In this document: piece after piece, positions 48,494 to 53,135 of the stretch | How positions within the stretch are numbered: the first letter of the stretch is position 1 | Layout: every line of letters starts with the position of its first letter | Source: Chiloscyllium plagiosum | Lineage: Eukaryota | NCBI RefSeq assembly: GCF_004010195.1 | Contig: NC_057718.1 | Location: forward strand, 99,728,730-99,781,864 | Length of the DNA: 53,135 nucleotides | Direction: 5' to 3' | Notes under the pieces: model-generated | The model's database searches: none | The model's input: the letters and a program-made list of their open reading frames with translations, nothing else | What the model was told of the DNA's origin: nothing | Made by a program: the position numbers and the translations under genes

Positions 48494-49139
48494 CCACTTA
48501 CAGTGCCATCTCAGTTAGTCAGGTATCTAGTTACAGTGAAACAATATCACCAACACATGGTGTCATCTTAGCAACCCTTCAAAAACCTATCCTGCCAGTC
48601 ACACCATCATGCTAATCTGCCACTTTATCCCATCCATAGTTGAAAGGGGTAACAGGACTGGATGTAGTTTGTCCAGAGGGGGCTTGAGGAATCAACTTGG
48701 GTTATATTTATTGAAAGGCCAAGAGCAGGATGGTAAGTGACATTGACAAAGAAGTACCGAAAACAACGAATGCTGGAGATCACTGTGGGTCAGGCAGCAT
48801 CCATGGACAGAGAGCCTGGATGAGTCTTCATCAGAGCATGAAGTGAAGTGTGGAGGGGACAGCATTTATGCTATAGTTTGGGAGGGGACAATGTTTTCAC
48901 ACAGGGGTACAACTCGTCTATGCTGACCACATATCCTAACTTCTAGTCTCATTTGCCAGCACTTGGCCCATAGCCCTCTAAATCCTTCCTATTCATATAC
49001 CCATCTTGATGCCTTTTAAAATATTGTAATTGTACCAGACCCCACCACTTCCTCTGGCTGGAAGGTGCCTAGAGGGAAGATGAAATGCTGTACCTCCGTT
49101 TTGCATTAAGACACAAGGATGTGCCCCTGCCATTACACA

Positions 49140-50120
49140 ACTACAGTTACCACCCAAGCTGATGCAGGAAGTTACACACTCGCATGCACAGAAGATTGCG
49201 CGGCTGACAGGAAATAGTTAGCAAAGGTAAATGGTCAATTTCAGGTTTGCAGGATGCCATAAGAATCAATGGCTCTCCCTCAATATTTATCATCTACATC
49301 AATGACTTGGATGAGAGGACCAAACACATGGGGCTCAGTTTAGTGATGACACAAAGATAGGTTAGAAAATAAATTGTGAAAAGGTGTCTGCAAAGGAACA
49401 AACCAGGTTGAGAACATGCAAACCATTGACAAATGGCATATAACATGAAAAAGCAGTAACTTGTCTACTTTAGCAGCCATAGTGTAAAAGCAGCATATTG
49501 TTGTGGAATTGTACATTTAAGTATAGAGGGAATGCTGAACTTGGAGGTCAGGAGCGATCTGGATACCGGAATGAATCCCAACAAAATTAGTGTGCAGGGG
49601 GAGCAAATGATTTAGCAAACGGATAGTTAATTTCAGTGCAAATATAAAAGTTGTACCTGGCATACTGTGTGTAGTTTGAGCCCCTTTACTTAAAGTTAAT
49701 AACTAAATTAGCAGTTTAAGGCTCATCTGACTGATTTCTGGGATGAGAGCTTATCCCACAAGCAAGGGGTAGTGAACCCTGAGAGTCTGGGGCTAATAGG
49801 TAGGATGGATGCCAAGAGGAGCATTCCCCTTGTCGATCAGACTAGAATTAGGGGCAGATAAAGTCTTCCTTTCAAGTTGGAAATGAGGCAGATCTTTCCC
49901 AGAGGGATGGGTGCCTTTGGAACTCTCTTCACCAGAGAGATTGGAGATAAGGCATGGAATATTTTTTTAAGGCAGCGATCGTTAGATTTGTCACTACCCA
50001 GAGAGTCAAAGGGTGACTGGGCAGGCAGAAAAGTGGGCTTGAGGCTACAATCCAATCAGTCAGAACTTTATCAAATGGTAGAACAGAATGGCCCATTCCT
50101 GCTTCTAACTTGTATGTTCT
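49140..50120 (+). mobile_element. Old CR1 LINE fragments (mpc1 intron 1)
   Basis: Decayed IYINDLD...F.DDTK reverse-transcriptase motif and a CR1-like 3' end. Confidence 0.65.
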
Positions 50121-53100
50121 AAATTCCTTCAAATGCTGTTTGTATAAAGTGCAAGCTAAAGAACAATGTTTATACACAGAAGCCAACCCTGAAAGAACGG
50201 ATTCTAGCATTGCTGACTATCTGACACACTGCCCAAAGTGCTAGGTAAAAGGGGAAGCAGGAGAAGCCAAAAATTACTGTCACAACAAACAAGACGGATC
50301 ACATTCTCCACATGCAACCACCCATCACAGATAATTCAAACTCTGAGCACAATCACAACCTTCAGCCTGCCACCTGACCACGCTCTTTCCATTATGCTGC
50401 TATAGCCAGATTTAGAATGGAAATCACTGAGACAAACTTGCCACCGTGATAACAGAAACATCCCTTTGCCACCAGAGGGTGCTGGGATAAATGATGGAAA
50501 TGTGAATTTTTAATAAGGAGGATGATCCTGGAGCAGGGATTGAATGAAATCCCATTCCAATCATGCATCACCATGCTGCACTAGCTTTGACTTAATACTT
50601 TTGATCATTATTGATTTCGCTAGCCAAAATATTGCAGCATCACTTTCAACATACATTAACTGGCAAGTAAGATGACGGACTGACCAAATGGATAAATGAT
50701 TTAAGCTCCCCTCAAAAACATTGGCTGCTCAACATTTTAAATTGGACATCGGTCAGAGAGTGCATAAGGCATGAGGTACAAGGAGGAATATTTTACAACT
50801 TGACGCTAAGCCAAGCTACAGAGTTAGATTCTCTGGCACTGGTTCAGGTGTCATATGACAAGCCATCTTTGTTTGGATTTTTTTTCCATGCTCTGGTATT
50901 AGTCATGAGTATTTATATTTATCAAGAGAGAGTGCACACAACTCTCTTTGGCACATTGCCAAACAAGATGTCACAACTGTGTTCCAGCACTCTTTTTTAG
51001 GTGCAAGTGTACTTGAGACAGGTGAATGGAAGCTTCTACCCACACTACTGGCAATAAAGAACTCACCAACTCTTAACACAGACTGAGATTACTTATTAAC
51101 AACCTAGCACTGAGTTCTCCATAAAGATTACATCTTAAGTCACACCTCTCACGCTGCACTCATTCATATGTGCAAGTCACGAAAGTTCATTTCACAGGAA
51201 ATTATACAATTACAGAATTAACAATGGTTTGAATTTATAGGCAAAATTATAACAACCTCCTAGATTTCCCACTGCAGTCCAACAGTCTACCCCATGATGA
51301 TCAAACCATGTGAAGTGCCTTATAAACTAGCTCAAACCATCAAAAGCCCAATGTTGGTGGAATATACGTTGGGAACCGCAGACTACATTTACTGTAAAGT
51401 CAGCCAATTTAAGTTGTCCTGGACACATGTTAAATTGCTACTCTGATGTGCCACTCACACGATTTAGTCCAAAACCCTTTAAGCAGAAAACAACTATAGC
51501 AAACTTTGCCTTAAACAACATTATGAACAGGCAGCAATTAAATACCTGAAATACAGGAAGTTTACTGTATGATCGTGACGAAGGCTCTCTACCAATAAGT
51601 TTTAGCGAGTGATTTATGCTGCAAAGAGAAGATTTGGCAGCTCCAAGAATAAAAAAGTGCTTATTTTTGACATTGAAAAGCTATGGAAGTTATAAAAGGT
51701 TAACCAAGGTGATGCTTTAACAAGAAAAAGGTGCAGCAAGAGTGGCCAATGGACAAGTCCTCAGCGTCACACATCGGTCACTAACCATTCGGTGTCATCT
51801 TTGGATTACTGCAATCAGCACAGCATTGTATGGAAAACAATCAGTAATAAAGCCACCTTCTCAAGGACAATTGTTGAATCAACGACTTGTTTGCAACATC
51901 CATATCCAACAGAAACATCAACAAAAGTGCCTTTGAGAATTCCAGTATCGCTTTTAAAAAAAAGCCCTAACTATTTCAGTTCTTCAAAAAAAAATTGAAT
52001 CAACCTAATACATTATCCAGTTGCCTCAAAAACTAGAGAGCAGCTCTAAAATTAGCTCAAAGTCACCACACTAAACCACATAGATGTCTGAATCATGCGT
52101 TCAAAAATAAAAAGGGATCGGTTAAAATTATACTCTTGATCACATACAATTATATTCAGAGAACTGGACAAAAGACTGCTATTGTGAATCAACAGGATTA
52201 TACACAAAACAAGAACCAAGATGTGGTGAGTGACAAAGGGTTGGAAGGGAACGGATCAGAGTACAGAATTACCAGGCAGAACTATTTCCCATGTTATCAT
52301 CATTAACCCTGTAACCAAGTGAATGTGAATTGCTGCAAGTAAGTTGGCAACTGGGATAACCTCATGACATATTTGGATCAGGGCAGGAATGAGGAATATA
52401 TAGTTGGGAGAAAGTCACACTAACAGCACAGAACTTGTGAACGTTGAGTTTACTGCCAATTATTCATAGCAACAACTCAGCCCGATTTGTTTACATTACA
52501 TCACCGGGAAATTGAGCCACTGTCCAAAAGTCTTGAATTCAGACAAGCTGCAGGAGAATGACATTAAACAGAATGTGGTGCACAGGTCAATTGCTTGATG
52601 TGCTGGTCTTTCAACTCCCCAAGAACCTCCTCCAAATTCCATTAACACACATCTATTTTTCTTAAAATTCTAATGTGCTTTCCTGTGAAAGCAATCAACT
52701 GTTAACATGCTCCAAACTATTCCCCTATAGCGCAATGAACTTTCGCACATCAAGGGAACATCTGGACGAGCATTTTAAATGCCTGGGCGTAGTAAGCTAT
52801 GGACCAAGTGCAAGTAAATGGGATTAGTGCAGTTTGGTGCTCGTTGGGTTGGTGTCGACATGGTGGGCCGAATGGCCTGTTTCTATGCCGCACACCTCGG
52901 GGTGAATTAACTATTAACACGTTCCAACCCATTCCCTCTCCAGATTCCCAAAAGGAGTTACCATTTGCTCTCTTTCGCTGATGGTTTTCCCCTTCCACTC
53001 CCCCATTCACCCTTCCCCAATGGCCCTCACCCCCTCACCTTTCCTCCGCCGTCCCATTTTCCCCTTCCCCGTATATCTCCTCGCTCCATCAGCACCTCAT

Positions 53101-53135
53101 TGGCCTCTATCCCCCCAACCCCCTCATAACCCCAT

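Noticed and set aside
1..53135. Prokaryote-style systems (CRISPR arrays, operons, defence islands)
   Set aside because: The DNA is vertebrate. No regularly spaced repeat-spacer array or intact long ORF exists, and all RT/GIY-YIG pieces are decayed retroelements.

Overview
This is eukaryotic, repeat-rich DNA. HE1/V-SINEs, CR1 (HER1-type) LINEs, Penelope-like elements (PLEs) and a Deu-type SINE point to a cartilaginous fish, most likely a shark. Almost all ORFs in the supplied track are spurious or transposon-derived, and the real genes are spliced. (1) On the + strand, 13 GT-AG exons (245-36833) join in one continuous frame of 523 codons plus a stop; the 5' end lies upstream of the window. They encode a protein I cannot name, with a SAM - RA/ubiquitin-like - coiled-coil - degenerate PDZ architecture. 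(2) On the - strand, convergent with it, are exons 2-5 of mitochondrial pyruvate carrier 1 (mpc1), including a 4-nt microexon; exon 1 is not in the window. Introns hold many PLE-derived inverted-repeat (hairpin) insertions with 10-15 bp target-site duplications (TSDs) and hammerhead-ribozyme-like cores, including a nested ~1.1 kb palindrome in the last mpc1 intron. Three assembly gaps are present. All exon calls and domain assignments were made by eye, and repeat boundaries are approximate.
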